DNA of 8,768 bases from Paraspadella gotoi (Eukaryota > Animalia > Chaetognatha): the NCBI GenBank assembly GCA_051294375.1, contig JBJCIZ010001456.1, forward strand, positions 1-8,768. Reading direction: 5' to 3'. The notes below the pieces were generated by a model. The model worked only from the letters and a program-made list of their open reading frames with translations, did no database searches and had not been told where the DNA came from. Below, piece after piece: positions 7,897 to 8,768 of this stretch. Made by a program: the position numbers and the translations under genes. Within the stretch, counting starts at the first letter, position 1. The number at the start of each line of letters is the position of its first letter.

Positions 7897-8600
7897 GGCG
7901 GTCGGAAACAGGGTGCCGGCGTTTTCGTCCGGTATTATGGCGGTTTTCAGCTGCCACTTTCGGGACCCTGGCAGCCAGCGTTTCAGGCCGCTAACATGCA
8001 GAACTTTCTTACGGGGCTCTCTCCGTCCCATTGAGTATTTGGCGCGCCACACGATTTTGCTTCTGCCGCTCCGCCGGCCGTCTCGTCCCATCCTCTCGAC
8101 GGCAGCGTTCTTGCCCCTCACGCGTGTTGAGAGACAAGAAGGGCGCGGGGACGCCCGCGTTGGCTTGGAGGTTAAGGCGAGGTGTTTCCGGGATCTGCAG
8201 TGAAGGATAGAAACCCCGTCGCCAGTTTTTGGCCGGAGTAGTATTACCCGCGGCTCCCCGCGCGTGTTGACGGATATGGGCGGGGCGTGGCCGAAGAGGA
8301 AAGGTAAGCGAATCTGCGGAGCCTTTGCCCAACGGCGTGGAGTCGGCCGTTCTGCTTCACCGTGCGTCTTATATCCGTATTCGCGTCCATATCTGCGCGT
8401 TGCTTCCGCCCGTTTCAGCGTCAATGCGTCTTATTCGTCTTGATTTAGTGCTCTGGCGCGCAGCACTTATCTTCCGATTTCACATGCGAGCGTAGGTTTA
8501 CGTCCGCTCTCGCTCTTGTTAGGGAAGCGCCCTATCTTGAGCATCTGGTTTACTTTGTTGGAAGGAGACGTTTGAGGTTTCGATAGTACCCGGAGAAAGG
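7897..8600 (+). pseudogene. Second DIRS-type reverse transcriptase remnant (N-terminus to motif 6)
   Basis: GGR..RRFRPVLW (7897; cf. GGRL..F...W), IEYLARHTILLLP (8030; cf. E+..LL.K.AI..VP), ILSTAAFL (cf. FYS..FL), KKG.GRP, RIETP (8204; cf. FKMET), ITRG..VLTDMGGAW (cf. GD....DL.DAY), LEHL-GFTL (8536; cf. L..LGF.+N). YLDD is not intact. Confidence 0.58.
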
Positions 8601-8653
8601 AAGTATGAGGAGGAGAGGTGGAGAGAAAGAAGAGGAGGCGCTAGGGGGAAGAG
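8592..8653 (+). other. Purine-rich tract ending in PPT-like agggggaagag
   Basis: Almost pure A/G from 8592. agggggaagag (8643-8653) ends 4 nt before the TGT where homology to the left repeat begins. Confidence 0.6.
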
Positions 8654-8657
8654 TATT

Positions 8658-8768
8658 TGTACAGGACCCGTCTAGGACCCGTTCCATTGCTTAAGATATG
8701 GAATATGGATAGTAATCTTCCGCCCACTTAGCGCATTCTCAACACTAGTGAGTGGTGAGCCCATCCTG
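8658..8768 (+). repeat. Right copy of LTR-like direct repeat (putative 3' LTR start, cut by window)
   Basis: Starts TGTA after the PPT and aligns with 955-1077, with many indel differences. No similarity upstream of the TGT. Confidence 0.7.

Larger units (their letters stand above)
1467..8600 (+). mobile_element. Degenerate/rearranged DIRS-order (YR) retrotransposon sequence, probably at least two partial copies
   Basis: gag, RT (twice), RNase H, MT and YR motifs all on the + strand, plus the terminal motif/ICR palindrome. No long intact ORF. Confidence 0.62.

Overview
Eukaryotic, repeat-derived window with no intact gene. Positions 1-702 are AT-rich non-coding DNA with a 110-bp palindrome and a TTAGGG cluster. 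A 25-N gap follows (703-727). The remaining ~8 kb is heavily frameshifted sequence (old decay and/or low-accuracy long-read fill). Reading across frames on the + strand, I recognise remnants of a DIRS-type (tyrosine-recombinase, YR) retrotransposon in non-canonical order: YR catalytic half (~1852-2520), an ICR-like palindromic junction (2543-2624), partial RT + RNase H + adenine methyltransferase + YR N-terminal domain (~2753-4382), gag-like pieces (~4729-5700, ~6676-7450) and a second RT (~7897-8600). The block sits between two diverged direct repeats (~955 and 8658). The right-hand one starts TGT just after a polypurine tract, like a classical LTR. Most unusual: the RNase H region appears split by four 53-58 nt GT-AG introns. 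All protein calls are by-eye matches to remembered consensus motifs and need a frameshift-aware HMM search.
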